Source: an uncultured beta proteobacterium
GTDB lineage: Bacteria; Pseudomonadota; Gammaproteobacteria; Burkholderiales; JACQAP01
DNA length: 64,000 bases
Assembly (NCBI GenBank): GCA_963789945.1
Contig: CAWBMN010000018.1
Coordinates: 213,542 to 277,541 of the forward strand
Direction: 5' to 3'
Shown piece after piece: positions 33,968 through 43,361 of the stretch. The position numbers were made by a program, and so were the translations under genes. Under the pieces are notes generated by a model. The model was not told where the DNA came from, did no database searches, and saw only the letters and a list, made by a program, of their open reading frames with translations. Each line of letters starts with the position of its first letter. Positions within the stretch are counted from its first letter, which is position 1.

Positions 33968-34476
33968 TTCCGATCCTGGGCAGGCATGGGAGTCAAGAGC
34001 AGGCTCAATCGGCCATCTTCGCTTTTCTGCAGCTCGATCTGCTCGTTCTCCCCGACCTTGACTTGGGCGCCGAGGAACTGGGGAGCGATCGGCAGTTCGC
34101 GGCCGCCGCGGTCAACCAACGCGGCCAGTCGAATGCGCTGCGGCCGCCCGTAGTCGAACAGTTCGTTGATCGCGGCGCGTATGGTACGGCCGGTGAAAAG
34201 GACGTCGTCGACCAGGATCACGTCGGCATCGGCGACCTCAAAGGGTATGGCGGAAGGCTTTACCCGTGCGTGCAGCCCGCGGCTTTCGTAATCGTCGCGG
34301 TAGAAGGACACGTCGATGGTTCCGAGCGGCTGCTTCAGCCCCAGTTCGCGGTGCAGACGCTCGGCCAGCCACACGCCCCCGGTGTGGATTCCGATCAACG
34401 CGGTGTCCGCGCTGACTTGCGGGCGCATTTGCTCGGCAAGCTGGCTGAGCAGCGCTTCGGCGTCAGGCATTTTCAT
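33964..34476 (-). CDS. pyrR: bifunctional pyrimidine regulatory protein / uracil phosphoribosyltransferase PyrR
   Basis: The PRPP-binding loop [17 protein letters not shown]. The start is taken at ATG 34476 (MKMPDAE...), which overlaps the ruvX end slightly. Confidence 0.85.
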   Translation of the reverse strand: MKMPDAEALLSQLAEQMRPQVSADTALIGIHTGGVWLAERLHRELGLKQPLGTIDVSFYRDDYESRGLHARVKPSAIPFEVADADVILVDDVLFTGRTIRAAINELFDYGRPQRIRLAALVDRGGRELPIAPQFLGAQVKVGENEQIELQKSEDGRLSLLLTPMPAQDRK

Positions 34477-34942
34477 TGAAAAAAGCTTCCAGGATGAGTT
34501 TGGCGGCGAGCGGGTCAACATGGCGTTTGCTGTCGCGGGCGCTCATCCCGCTCGCGCGTGCATCGCGCTGCGCCTCCACTGAGGTCAGGCGCTCGTCCAC
34601 CAGACGGGTTTCGATGTCGAAGCGACCTTGCAGCCGCTGCGCAAACTTGCGCGCCAGCCCGGTCACCCGATGCTCGCCTCCGTCCAGCGTCAGCGGCAAT
34701 CCCACCACCAACAGCACCGGCCGCCAGTCCTGCAGAAGCGCGGCAATGCGGGCAAAGCGCGCATCGTTGGCCGCGGCATCGATGGTCTCGAGCGGGTGAG
34801 CGATGCCAAGCTCCAGTTCCCCGACAGCCACACCGATGCGACGTTCGCCAAAGTCGAAGGCAAGTACGGTACCGAAACGAGGGTGTTCAGTGCTGTGTGC
34901 TGCGTACGCAAAAGCCGGCCGCCTGCTCTCCATCGGCCTCAC
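34463..34942 (-). CDS. ruvX: Holliday junction resolvase-like RuvX (YqgF)
   Basis: VLAFDFGERRIGVAVGE and DERLTSVEA. Confidence 0.85.
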   Translation of the reverse strand: MRPMESRRPAFAYAAHSTEHPRFGTVLAFDFGERRIGVAVGELELGIAHPLETIDAAANDARFARIAALLQDWRPVLLVVGLPLTLDGGEHRVTGLARKFAQRLQGRFDIETRLVDERLTSVEAQRDARASGMSARDSKRHVDPLAAKLILEAFFNENA

Positions 34943-34966
34943 TCGGGTGCGCCCGCAAAGTTCATG

Positions 34967-35533
34967 TCACGCATGCCCGGCATCCTCCGAAAGGCTGGCA
35001 GGATCTATCCCCAGCAGTTCCATCGCCGCAGTCAGCCGTTCCGCAGGCGGCCGGTCGAACATGACCGCCGCCTCGGCGCGCACGGTCAGCCAGGCGTTTT
35101 GCCCCAGTTCATGCTCCAGTTGCCCGGGCGCCCATCCGGCATAACCGAGGGACACCAGGATATTGTCCGGGCCGGGCCCATCGCCATGGCTAAGAGCCTG
35201 CAGGATATCCTTGGAGGTGGTCAGCCCGACCTCTCCGTTCACCGACAGCGTGGACTGCCATCCTCCCACCGGCCGATGCAGGACGAATCCGCGATCCACC
35301 TGTACCGGGCCGCCGAAGTACACAGGCAGGCCCCCGAGCGTGCGGTTCTCCAGCGGTATCTCGATCTGTTCGAACAGGGAACCGAGTGTCATGTCGGTGG
35401 GGCGATTGACCACCACCCCCAGGGCGCCCTGATCGTTGTGTTCGCAGATATAGGTCAGCGATCGGGCAAAGTGGGGATCGGCCATGTTGGGCATGGCGAT
35501 CAGGAAGTGATTGGTGAGATTTACGCTTTGCAT
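34967..35533 (-). CDS. yqgE: YqgE/AlgH family protein
   Basis: [31 protein letters not shown]. Confidence 0.85.
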   Translation of the reverse strand: MQSVNLTNHFLIAMPNMADPHFARSLTYICEHNDQGALGVVVNRPTDMTLGSLFEQIEIPLENRTLGGLPVYFGGPVQVDRGFVLHRPVGGWQSTLSVNGEVGLTTSKDILQALSHGDGPGPDNILVSLGYAGWAPGQLEHELGQNAWLTVRAEAAVMFDRPPAERLTAAMELLGIDPASLSEDAGHA

Positions 35534-35716
35534 GGATTCGCCACCGCCATTTTACCCGTGCTGGCACGGCCGCCACAAACCCGGCTGCGTGGCCCGGTAT
35601 AATCGGATCCGACAGGCGGCCGGCAGAACCAGCGAAATTGGTCGGCTGCGCTGCTTGCCCGCAACGGCCGGCTGCGCATCGGCCGGCGATTCTCCACAAA
35701 GGCCCGAGGGACATTT

Positions 35717-36283
35717 CTGGCTACCCAACAAGAACTGGCCACCTTCCTCGCGGAGGTCGAGCGGCGGGCGTTCAAGCAAGCCGTGTTTGCGGTGCGCGAC
35801 CAGCATGTCGCGCTGGATATCGTCCAGGACGCCATGCTGAAGTTGACCGACAAATACGCGGGAAGACCGGCTGCCGAGCTGCCCCTGCTGTTCCAGCGCA
35901 TCCTGCAAAACACCATCCGCGACTTCTACCGGCGCCAGAAGGTGCGGTCGCTGTGGACCACGCTGTTCTCGTCGTTTCATCCCAGGGACGCTGCCGAGGA
36001 CTACGACCCGCTTGAGACCATGGTGACCGAGGGCCCCGGAGGCCGAGGCGACAGCCCGGCCGACCGCATGGAGCGCACGCAAATCGGCGATCTGATCGGA
36101 CAAGCCCTGGAAAAGTTGCCCCCCCGTCAACGACAGGCTTTTCTATTGCGTTACTGGGAAGAGCTGGACGTAGCGGAAACCGCGGCGGCGATGGGATGCT
36201 CCGAAGGCAGCGTAAAGACGCACTGCTCACGTGCCACCCACGCCCTCGCCGTTTTTCTCAAACAGAAGGGAATCGAACCATGA
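35717..36283 (+). CDS. ECF-type RNA polymerase sigma factor
   Basis: Region 2 (ALDIVQDAMLKL, RILQNTIRDFYRR) and region 4 (LPPRQRQAFLLRYWEELDVAETAAAMGCSEGSVKTHCSRA). The conserved N-terminal helix, ATQQELATFLAEVERRAFKQAV, lies upstream of the track GTG start. The only in-frame start-like codon there is CTG 35717, 6 nt after GAGGG. Confidence 0.7.
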   Translation: MATQQELATFLAEVERRAFKQAVFAVRDQHVALDIVQDAMLKLTDKYAGRPAAELPLLFQRILQNTIRDFYRRQKVRSLWTTLFSSFHPRDAAEDYDPLETMVTEGPGGRGDSPADRMERTQIGDLIGQALEKLPPRQRQAFLLRYWEELDVAETAAAMGCSEGSVKTHCSRATHALAVFLKQKGIEP

Positions 36284-36669
36284 CCGAGAACGATCTTGCC
36301 AGGCGGATCGTTGCTCAACTCGACCGCAGCCTGACCGAGTTGCCGACCACCACTGTGCGAAAGCTGGAAACTGCCCGGGCAACCGCCCTGGCGCGGTATC
36401 GCGCCGGCGGCGCTTCGACCGACCAACTTTGGTTGGGGAGACTGCTCGGCAGCCGGGGTCTGCGGAAAGGACTTGCCATGCGCCTGGTGTTGCCGGTGGC
36501 AATTGTCATTGCCAGCCTGACCGGGATCATTTACTGGCAATCCGCGAGCCACTATGAGGAAGAACTGGATACCGGCCTGCTGGCCGGCGAACTGCCGTTG
36601 CACGCCTATATCGATCCCGGTTTTGACACGTGGCTAACGCATACGTCGCACACACCGCCGCAGCAATAG
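36280..36669 (+). CDS. DUF3619-like membrane protein (putative anti-sigma partner)
   Basis: The ATG overlaps the sigma stop (ATGA). It has one TM helix. By recollection, the position after this ECF sigma is typical. Confidence 0.6.
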   Translation: MTENDLARRIVAQLDRSLTELPTTTVRKLETARATALARYRAGGASTDQLWLGRLLGSRGLRKGLAMRLVLPVAIVIASLTGIIYWQSASHYEEELDTGLLAGELPLHAYIDPGFDTWLTHTSHTPPQQ

Positions 36670-37118
36670 CGCTGATTTCGCTCCTCATCGGGGATCCTGT
36701 GCATGTCGGGGAAGCTCATGCACAGGCCGGCACACAGTCGTGGGCACAGCTTTCGCCCGAGCAACAGAAAATCCTGGCGCCGTTGGAGCAGGAGTGGGAC
36801 CGCCTCGAACCAGACAGGCGCAAGCGCTGGCTCGACCTGGCAGCCCGCTATCCGAATCTGCCGGCGGAGCGCCAGATGCGCATACAACAGCGTATGCACG
36901 AGTGGGCATCGCTGACTCCGGAGCAGCGCGTACAAGCCCGAGAACGCTACAAGCAGCTCAGGAAGCTTCCTCCGGAAAAACGCCACCAACTGCATCAACG
37001 CTGGCAGGAGTACCAGCGTTTGCCCGAGGAAAAGCGCCAAAGCCTGAGGGAGCAGCGCGTACCGGGACCGGCGGACCCCAATCCCCGAAAGCCGGGCGAC
37101 CAGCCTTCGCCGCGTTGA
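36630..37118 (+). CDS. DUF3106-like secreted protein
   Basis: Signal peptide plus repeated W..L.PE.Q/R motifs (WAQLSPEQQ, WASLTPEQR, LPPEKRHQLHQRWQ). Confidence 0.65.
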   Translation: MANAYVAHTAAAIALISLLIGDPVHVGEAHAQAGTQSWAQLSPEQQKILAPLEQEWDRLEPDRRKRWLDLAARYPNLPAERQMRIQQRMHEWASLTPEQRVQARERYKQLRKLPPEKRHQLHQRWQEYQRLPEEKRQSLREQRVPGPADPNPRKPGDQPSPR

Positions 37119-37600
37119 TTTCCGTGCTCCGCGAAATTCCGACGGGTCCGGAGAGCCGGTTGCGGTTGGCGCCTTTGGGAATGCGGTTGTTGAGCCTCGC
37201 GTACGAGGGCGTGCTGCTGTTCGGCATCCTGTTTGTTGCGTCCTACCTGTTCGTCGGCCTTGCACGCGATGCACAGACCGGCATGCCACGTCTGGTGTTC
37301 CAGGTCTACGTGCTCGCGGTGTGCGGCGCCTACTTCGTGTTCTGCTGGGTGCGCAGCGGACAGACCCTGCCGATGAAGACCTGGCGCATTCGACTGGTTA
37401 CGCAGCAGGGCAAGCCGCTGGCGGTCGGCCGGGCCTTCCAGCGTTATCTGCTGGCCGTGCCAAGCGTACTTTCGGGGATCGGCGTGCTCTGGGCCCTGGT
37501 GGATCGCGACCGCCTATTCCTGCACGACCGGCTGGCAAAGACGCGCATCGTGCGCGTTGACGAACCAAGGGCCGAGGGACGAGGGGCGAGGGACGAGTAA
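37115..37600 (+). CDS. RDD family membrane protein
   Basis: LSLAYEGVLLFGILF, GQTLPMKTWRIRLV, and LHDRLAKTRIV. The proposed TTG start at 37115 overlaps the upstream stop (TTGA). The last codons, PRAEGRGARDE, are encoded by cassette P's arm. Confidence 0.7.
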   Translation: MISVLREIPTGPESRLRLAPLGMRLLSLAYEGVLLFGILFVASYLFVGLARDAQTGMPRLVFQVYVLAVCGAYFVFCWVRSGQTLPMKTWRIRLVTQQGKPLAVGRAFQRYLLAVPSVLSGIGVLWALVDRDRLFLHDRLAKTRIVRVDEPRAEGRGARDE

Positions 37601-37659
37601 AAAGCAAGCACGGTTCCGTTTTGGACTTGACTCGAACCTCGTACCTCGGTCCTCGGACC
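37569..37659. repeat. mini hairpin cassette P (GGNNCGA-type arms)
   Basis: Left arm gggccgagggacgaggggcgagggacgag (37569-97), a 33-nt centre, and right arm ctcgaacctcgtacctcggtcctcggacc (37631-59). The CGAG and GG blocks pair, and the middle nt of each unit mismatches. Confidence 0.7.
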
Positions 37660-38735
37660 TATCTCTTCTCCACCTTCCACATCATCACCATCGCAGCAAC
37701 CAGAAACAACAGGGTGGGAAAGATCGCGCTGAAAAGCGGTGGCCATGCATTGAGCAGGCCGAGGTGGCCAAACAGCCGGTTGGCCAGATGGAAGCCCAGA
37801 CCCAGCATGATGCCGGTGAAGATCTTGCCGCTCACCCCGCCCTCGCGCACCTGGAAGTAGGCGAACGGCAGCGCCAGCACCATCATGACCAGGACCGCGA
37901 ACGGGTAGATGATCTTCGACCAAAGCACGATCTCATAGCGCGAGGTTTCCTGCCGGTTCTCGCTCAGGTGTTCAATGTAGGAATACAGGTCCCAGAGCGA
38001 CATCTGTTCCGGCACAACCATCAGCACATTCAGGATCGGAGGACTCAACACCGAACGCCAGTAGGCTTCGGGAATGCGGCTCACCGTTGTCCGGTTCTCC
38101 TCGAAACGGGTTTGCACGACATCCTTGAGCCGCCACAGATTCTCGCGCTGATACTCGCCGGATTTAGCGAGGCTGATCGCGCGCAGCCGGTAGTCGGAAT
38201 CGAACTCGTAGATCTTGACCTCGTGGATCACGGTTTCCGGCATGACGCGTGCGACGTTGATGAAGTTGGTATCGTCCTTCACCCACAGCCCGGACCGGAA
38301 CGCCTGTGCGATCACGCTGCTGCCGGTTGCCTTGAGCCGCAGCTTCTGCGCCGCCTGCTCGCTGGCGGGTGCCACGAACTCGCCGATCAGGAAGGTCATA
38401 AGCGACAGCACCAGGCCGATCTGGACCAGCGTCAGCGCCATGCTCTTTATCGATACGCCCGACACGCGCATCACCGTGTACTCGGAGTGCGCGACCATTT
38501 GCGCAAGCGCGAACAGCGTGCCGATGAGCGCGGCTACCGGCAGAATTTCGTATGCCCGTCCCGGCAGGCTCAACACCACATAGATGGCCGCAAGAGACAG
38601 GCGATATCCGCCCCTCCCGAGATCCCCCAGTTCCTGGATGAAATCGAAAAACCCGAACAGCAACAGCAACGCGCCGAATACCAGCGCGGTGCTCCAGAAA
38701 ATCTGCACGGCGACGTAACGGCGGATGGTTTTCAC
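37659..38735 (-). CDS. lptG: LPS export ABC transporter permease LptG
   Basis: 358 aa with the YjgP/YjgQ family pattern (MKTIRRYVA..IF..T....). Confidence 0.9.
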   Translation of the reverse strand: MKTIRRYVAVQIFWSTALVFGALLLLFGFFDFIQELGDLGRGGYRLSLAAIYVVLSLPGRAYEILPVAALIGTLFALAQMVAHSEYTVMRVSGVSIKSMALTLVQIGLVLSLMTFLIGEFVAPASEQAAQKLRLKATGSSVIAQAFRSGLWVKDDTNFINVARVMPETVIHEVKIYEFDSDYRLRAISLAKSGEYQRENLWRLKDVVQTRFEENRTTVSRIPEAYWRSVLSPPILNVLMVVPEQMSLWDLYSYIEHLSENRQETSRYEIVLWSKIIYPFAVLVMMVLALPFAYFQVREGGVSGKIFTGIMLGLGFHLANRLFGHLGLLNAWPPLFSAIFPTLLFLVAAMVMMWKVEKR

Positions 38736-39821
38736 CGGCGAGGCCTGCGCAATCTTCGCAGCGGCGATACCGAAAGCCGCATGTAGAAAAGGGCAACGGC
38801 CAGCGCCAGCATCACCACATGCACCCCGCTCATCCCGAGCAGCGGGCCGACCCTCTCCTGCGCCACCCAGGCCTGGGTGATCGACAGCATGTTGCTGTAG
38901 AGCATGTACAACATCCCCGCCACCATCAGATTGAGCGAGCGCCCGGCACGCGGATTGACGAAGCTCATCGGAATCGCCAGGAGTGACAGCACCAGCGCGC
39001 TGAGCGGCAACCCCATGCGCCAGGTCAGTTCGGCGAGCGCTTCGGCGGAATTGTCCCCGAACAGCTTGGCAGTCGACCGCGACTTGATCGAGGGCTGATA
39101 GTCCTTGGCTTCATTGGCCTCGATGCGCAGCCCGTACTTCTCGAATTCAATGATCCTGTACTCGGCCGAACCCGGCGGGCCGATGTAACGCCGGCCCTTG
39201 AGAAGCACCAGGAAACGATCCCCGTTGGGCGCGGTCTCCTGGTAACCCTGATTGGCGACCGTGGTGCCGATCTCGCCGTCTTCATCCGAGTGCACGAAGA
39301 TATTGGCCACCGTACTCAGGTTTGCAGCCAGTTTCTCGACGAAGAACACGCGCTCGGTCATTGCGCGATTCCTTGAAAACACCCGGCGATATCGCAGCCA
39401 CATCATCCTGGCTCTCGAGCTGTTGACGGTATTCATCGGTCTTTGCCATCGCCCAGGGCGACAACAGCATGCTCAAGACCCCGATCACGAATACGAGCGG
39501 CACCGCGTAGATCAATACAGGACGTATCCAGGCATTCAATCCCTGACCGGACGTGAACCACACTACCATTTCCGAATCGCGGAAACTGCGCGTCAACGTC
39601 AACAACACAGAAATGTACAAGGTCAGCGACAGCAGAATCGGCACATAGCGCAGGCTGGCAAAACCGAGGAACGTCAGGACCGCATCGGAGGAAATGTTGC
39701 CGCGAGCCGCGTAGCCCAGGAAACGGATGAGCTGCGTAGTGATGGTGATCGCCAGCAACACAATGAAAGTGGCGATGCCGGTGGCGGCAAACTCCCGCAG
39801 AAGGGAGCGTTGAAAAATCAT
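38732..39821 (-). pseudogene. lptF: LPS export permease LptF with a broken reading frame
   Basis: The N-terminal 150 aa (MIFQRSLLREFA...ISPGVFKESRN) are in ORF 39282..39821. The remainder (TERVFFVEKL...) is in ORF 38732..39436. The frames switch at about 39359-39365. Confidence 0.8.
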
Positions 39822-39900
39822 CTGCTACTTTGACTTTTCGGCGAGGTGAAAGAGATAATGCTAAGTTATTGAATGAAAAACGGCATTGGAGGAGTTCGCA

Positions 39901-41391
39901 GTGGAATTTAGCATAAAAGCCGCACCCCCGGAGAAGTTGAAGAGCGACTGCGTCGCGGTGCCGGTTTTTGCATCCGGCAAACTTTCTCCGGCGGCGCACG
40001 AACTGGATCGTGCGGCAAAGGGTCAGCTGTCGCGGATTCTCAAGCAAGGCGACTTCGATCCCAAGCCGGGTTCGACCCTGATGCTCTACGGCGTGACGGG
40101 GGTTTCGGCTGTCCGCGTATTGCTGGTCGGCTTCGGCAAGCAGCAGGAAGTCGGTGCAAAAGAGTATCGGGACGGCGTGCGCGGCGCAGTGCGCGCACTC
40201 GCCGATGCCGGCGTGGAAGAGGCCGCCCTGTACGCGATAGATGTCAGTGTCACGCAACGCGACGCGGTGTGGGCGACGATGCATGCGGCAACCGTCGCAC
40301 TGGAAACCACTTACCGCTTCGACCGCCTGAAAAGCAAGTCCAAAGACGACAAGAAAGGCCTGCAGCGCCTGGTTCTCGGCATCAGCGGGAAGCAGGCAAG
40401 GGGACTTGACGCGGCGCTCGTACGCGGCATCGCCATCGGCGAGGGCGTAAACTTCGCCCGCGATCTGGGCAACCTGCCGCCGAACATCTGCACGCCGGCC
40501 TATCTCGCCGAGCAGGCACGCGCCCTCGGCAGGAGCCACAAGCTCAAGGTCTCGGTGCTGGAGCGCAAAGACATGAAGAAACTCGGCATGGGTTCGCTGC
40601 TGTCGGTATCGGACGGCAGCCGCCAACCGCCGAAGCTGATCACGCTCGAGCACCGCGGCGGGCCGAAGCAGCAAAAGCCGGTGGTACTGGTCGGCAAGGG
40701 CATTACGTTTGACACCGGCGGCATTTCGCTCAAACCTTCAGCCGAAATGGACGAGATGAAATACGACATGTCCGGCGCCGGCAGCGTGCTGGGTACCATG
40801 AGGGCCGTAGCCGCGATGAAACTGCCGCTCAACGTGGTCGGCGTGATCCCCACGACGGAGAACATGCCCGGCGGCAACGCGACCCGTCCGGGCGATATCG
40901 TCAGCAGCATGTCCGGCCAGACCATCGAGATACTGAACACGGATGCCGAAGGCCGGCTGATTCTGTGCGATGCGCTCACCTACTCGGAGCGCTTCCAACC
41001 GGCAGCGGTGATCGACATCGCCACGCTTACCGGCGCCTGCGTGATCGCGCTCGGCCACGTCACTTCGGGGTTGTTCGCCAATGACGACAAGCTTGCGCAC
41101 GAAGTGCTCGCGGCCGGGCAGACCTCCTGGGATCGTGCCTGGCATATGCCCGCGTGGGAGGATTATCAGGAGCAGTTACGCAGCAACTTCGCCGACATGG
41201 CGAACATCGGCGGACGCCCCGCGGGAAGCATTACCGCTGCCTGCTTCCTCGCCCGATTTGCCAAGAACTTCAAGTGGGCGCACCTGGACATCGCCGGCAC
41301 TGCGTGGAAATCGGGTCGCGAGAAGGGCTCGACCGGCCGGCCGGTGCCGTTGTTGACGCAATTCCTCATGACCCGCGCGGGGATTAAGTAA
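39901..41391 (+). CDS. pepA: leucyl aminopeptidase
   Basis: VGKGITFDTGGISLKP and NTDAEGRLILCDAL. I chose the GTG at 39901, 7 nt after GGAGGAG. Confidence 0.9.
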   Translation: MEFSIKAAPPEKLKSDCVAVPVFASGKLSPAAHELDRAAKGQLSRILKQGDFDPKPGSTLMLYGVTGVSAVRVLLVGFGKQQEVGAKEYRDGVRGAVRALADAGVEEAALYAIDVSVTQRDAVWATMHAATVALETTYRFDRLKSKSKDDKKGLQRLVLGISGKQARGLDAALVRGIAIGEGVNFARDLGNLPPNICTPAYLAEQARALGRSHKLKVSVLERKDMKKLGMGSLLSVSDGSRQPPKLITLEHRGGPKQQKPVVLVGKGITFDTGGISLKPSAEMDEMKYDMSGAGSVLGTMRAVAAMKLPLNVVGVIPTTENMPGGNATRPGDIVSSMSGQTIEILNTDAEGRLILCDALTYSERFQPAAVIDIATLTGACVIALGHVTSGLFANDDKLAHEVLAAGQTSWDRAWHMPAWEDYQEQLRSNFADMANIGGRPAGSITAACFLARFAKNFKWAHLDIAGTAWKSGREKGSTGRPVPLLTQFLMTRAGIK

Positions 41392-41401
41392 GAGTCAAAT
41401 G

Positions 41402-41652
41402 CTTACCACGAAGACACGAAGGACACGAAGAAGCACGAAGAAGGGCGAAATGTAAATGACTCGTCAAATGCACAATTGTCGACCTTTGGTTGTTTCGGGT
41501 GTGACGACGACAAACCCAAATATTGGAGGCATGCGATAATCCGGGGTTGGCTGAGAGTACGCTTGCTCATCGTTGACCATCAAATATTCTCTTCGCTTTT
41601 CTTCGTGTCCTTCGTGTCTTCGTGGTGAGCATTCTGGTTTTTTCGTGGTGAG
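41402..41652. repeat. hairpin cassette G (CACGAAG-type arms)
   Basis: Left arm cttaccacgaagacacgaaggacacgaagaagcacgaagaagg (41402-44). Right arm ttctcttcgcttttcttcgtgtccttcgtgtcttcgtggtgag (41587-41629), plus a second terminus ttttttcgtggtgag (41638-52). It sits in the pepA / holC junction. Confidence 0.9.
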
Positions 41653-41670
41653 ATTTTGATTTCTACGGCA

Positions 41671-42102
41671 ATGATGACTGAGGTCCTGTTTTATACGCAC
41701 GTAGACGACAAGCTGCAGACCGCCTGCGCGCTCACTTCCAAGGCGCTCGCGCGCGGAATGCGGGTGATGCTGTTGACACGGGACACCGGCATGACCGACA
41801 GACTCTCGAGAATGCTGTGGAGCACGCCCTCCATCGGTTTCGTGCCGCATTGCCGCTGCGATCACCGGCTTGCACCGCTCACCCCGGTGATCGTCGATCA
41901 CCGGGGTGAACCGCTGATCCACGATCAGGTGCTCGTGAACTTGTGTGATGACACGCCGCCGTTCTTCAGCCGGTTCCAGCGCCTGGCCGAGATCGTCAGC
42001 ACCGAGGACCAGGATCGCGAGGCCGCGCGCAGCCGCTTTCGCTTCTATCGCGATCGGGGTTACGAAATTGTCACCCACCAACTGGGCGGCACCCAGTCCT
42101 GA
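41671..42102 (+). CDS. holC: DNA polymerase III subunit chi
   Basis: MMTEVLFYTHVDDKLQTACAL..KA...G.RV... Confidence 0.85.
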   Translation: MMTEVLFYTHVDDKLQTACALTSKALARGMRVMLLTRDTGMTDRLSRMLWSTPSIGFVPHCRCDHRLAPLTPVIVDHRGEPLIHDQVLVNLCDDTPPFFSRFQRLAEIVSTEDQDREAARSRFRFYRDRGYEIVTHQLGGTQS

Positions 42103-42557
42103 TGACGGAAGACCCCGGGAACTTCCTGCCCCCTGGCGCCGAAGACGAGGACGACGTTTTCGGCAAACTTGACCAGCTTCTGAACAAGCACCGTCCGGGG
42201 ACAGCCGAGCCCGGTGCATTGCCGGTGCCCGAGCTCACCGATTCTCTGCACCGCACCGACGCGCCGGTTCCCGGAAACATTCCCACCCTGGTAGACAAGG
42301 TGAGCGGTCCGGCGCGCGAGCCGTCCCTGCCGCAGCGCACCGGCACAATGCAATCCGAAAACTCCAAGGCAGTACTCGAAGCCGGGATCAATTTGCGCCT
42401 AGCGGTAAGACTCGAGACGGAGCGTGCACGGCTGCTCGAACAGATCGGAAACGACCCGGAGCGCGCGCAGGCATTCGACCAACTGATCACGGCGCTGAAG
42501 CGCTCGCTTCCCGAAATTGTTCGATCCGTTCTCTCCGACGAACCGTCTCGGGACTAG
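42102..42557 (+). CDS. hypothetical protein
   Basis: 151-aa ORF whose ATG overlaps the holC stop. The composition is acidic and low-complexity, and I recognise no motif. Confidence 0.5.
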   Translation: MTEDPGNFLPPGAEDEDDVFGKLDQLLNKHRPGTAEPGALPVPELTDSLHRTDAPVPGNIPTLVDKVSGPAREPSLPQRTGTMQSENSKAVLEAGINLRLAVRLETERARLLEQIGNDPERAQAFDQLITALKRSLPEIVRSVLSDEPSRD

Positions 42558-42566
42558 GGAAGCTCA

Positions 42567-43166
42567 CTACAAGGTCTGCGCCCCTTCGTACACAAAGGCG
42601 TTGAAATTGATGTTTATCCTTGGTGCGTTGTCTTTTGGGGTGTTGCCGGCATGCAAAAGCCCCCCGTCAAACACCACCAACCGTCCTTTTTTTGGCGTCA
42701 CTCGTGTCTTGACCGTCAGCGGAGCGCTTTGCCCAAACCTTTGGTCAAATATCAGGGTATCCCCTGTACTGTCATTGACGTAGTAAATAGCCGAGATCAG
42801 GGGTTCCTTGATCTCCGTAAAGTCCACATGCGGCATTCCATGAGCGTTCGGATTGTCAGTCTGGGCATAGACGCACAGATTCATCTTTATCCGGATCATC
42901 TGTTTGATCGTGTACGGGATGGCTGTCATTACCGGCAGGATAACCCCGAACAACTTCGACACCGGCTGGTTATCTTCCCAGATCGTATGCGTAAATTGCT
43001 GCACATCCAGCGAATCGGGGGTAACCGGGAAAATCTGCCGAGTACCTTCAGCATAAGTTGCCCGTTTTTGTCGAAACCAATTGAACTTGTCGCCAAGTGC
43101 AATGCCCTCCAGCATGTCTTGAATGCTTGTTGGCACAGCCTGATCAATGACTATTACATCTTTCAT
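42567..43166 (-). CDS. 2OG-Fe(II) oxygenase-like protein
   Basis: HGMPHVDF (HxD), a distal LLHAG His, and RININF Arg fit the 2-His-1-carboxylate plus 2OG-binding pattern. The gene is visibly AT-richer than its flanks. Confidence 0.6.
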   Translation of the reverse strand: MKDVIVIDQAVPTSIQDMLEGIALGDKFNWFRQKRATYAEGTRQIFPVTPDSLDVQQFTHTIWEDNQPVSKLFGVILPVMTAIPYTIKQMIRIKMNLCVYAQTDNPNAHGMPHVDFTEIKEPLISAIYYVNDSTGDTLIFDQRFGQSAPLTVKTRVTPKKGRLVVFDGGLLHAGNTPKDNAPRININFNAFVYEGAQTL

Positions 43167-43361
43167 CAGTAGTGTGCCCTTGCCTCTGGCTCAAACGGTG
43201 TATGGCGGATAGGAATTCTGACCATATCACGTGTCTCGGGGGGGCTCAAGGCGAGGCATGAAGTTGGGCTTTGGTGGCGAAGGTGAAGGCGCCTGGTGAT
43301 TTTCCGACAGTCTGAGCTGCTTGCCGCCTGCGCGTGGGCAGGCGAGCAGCCGCTCGGGGTT

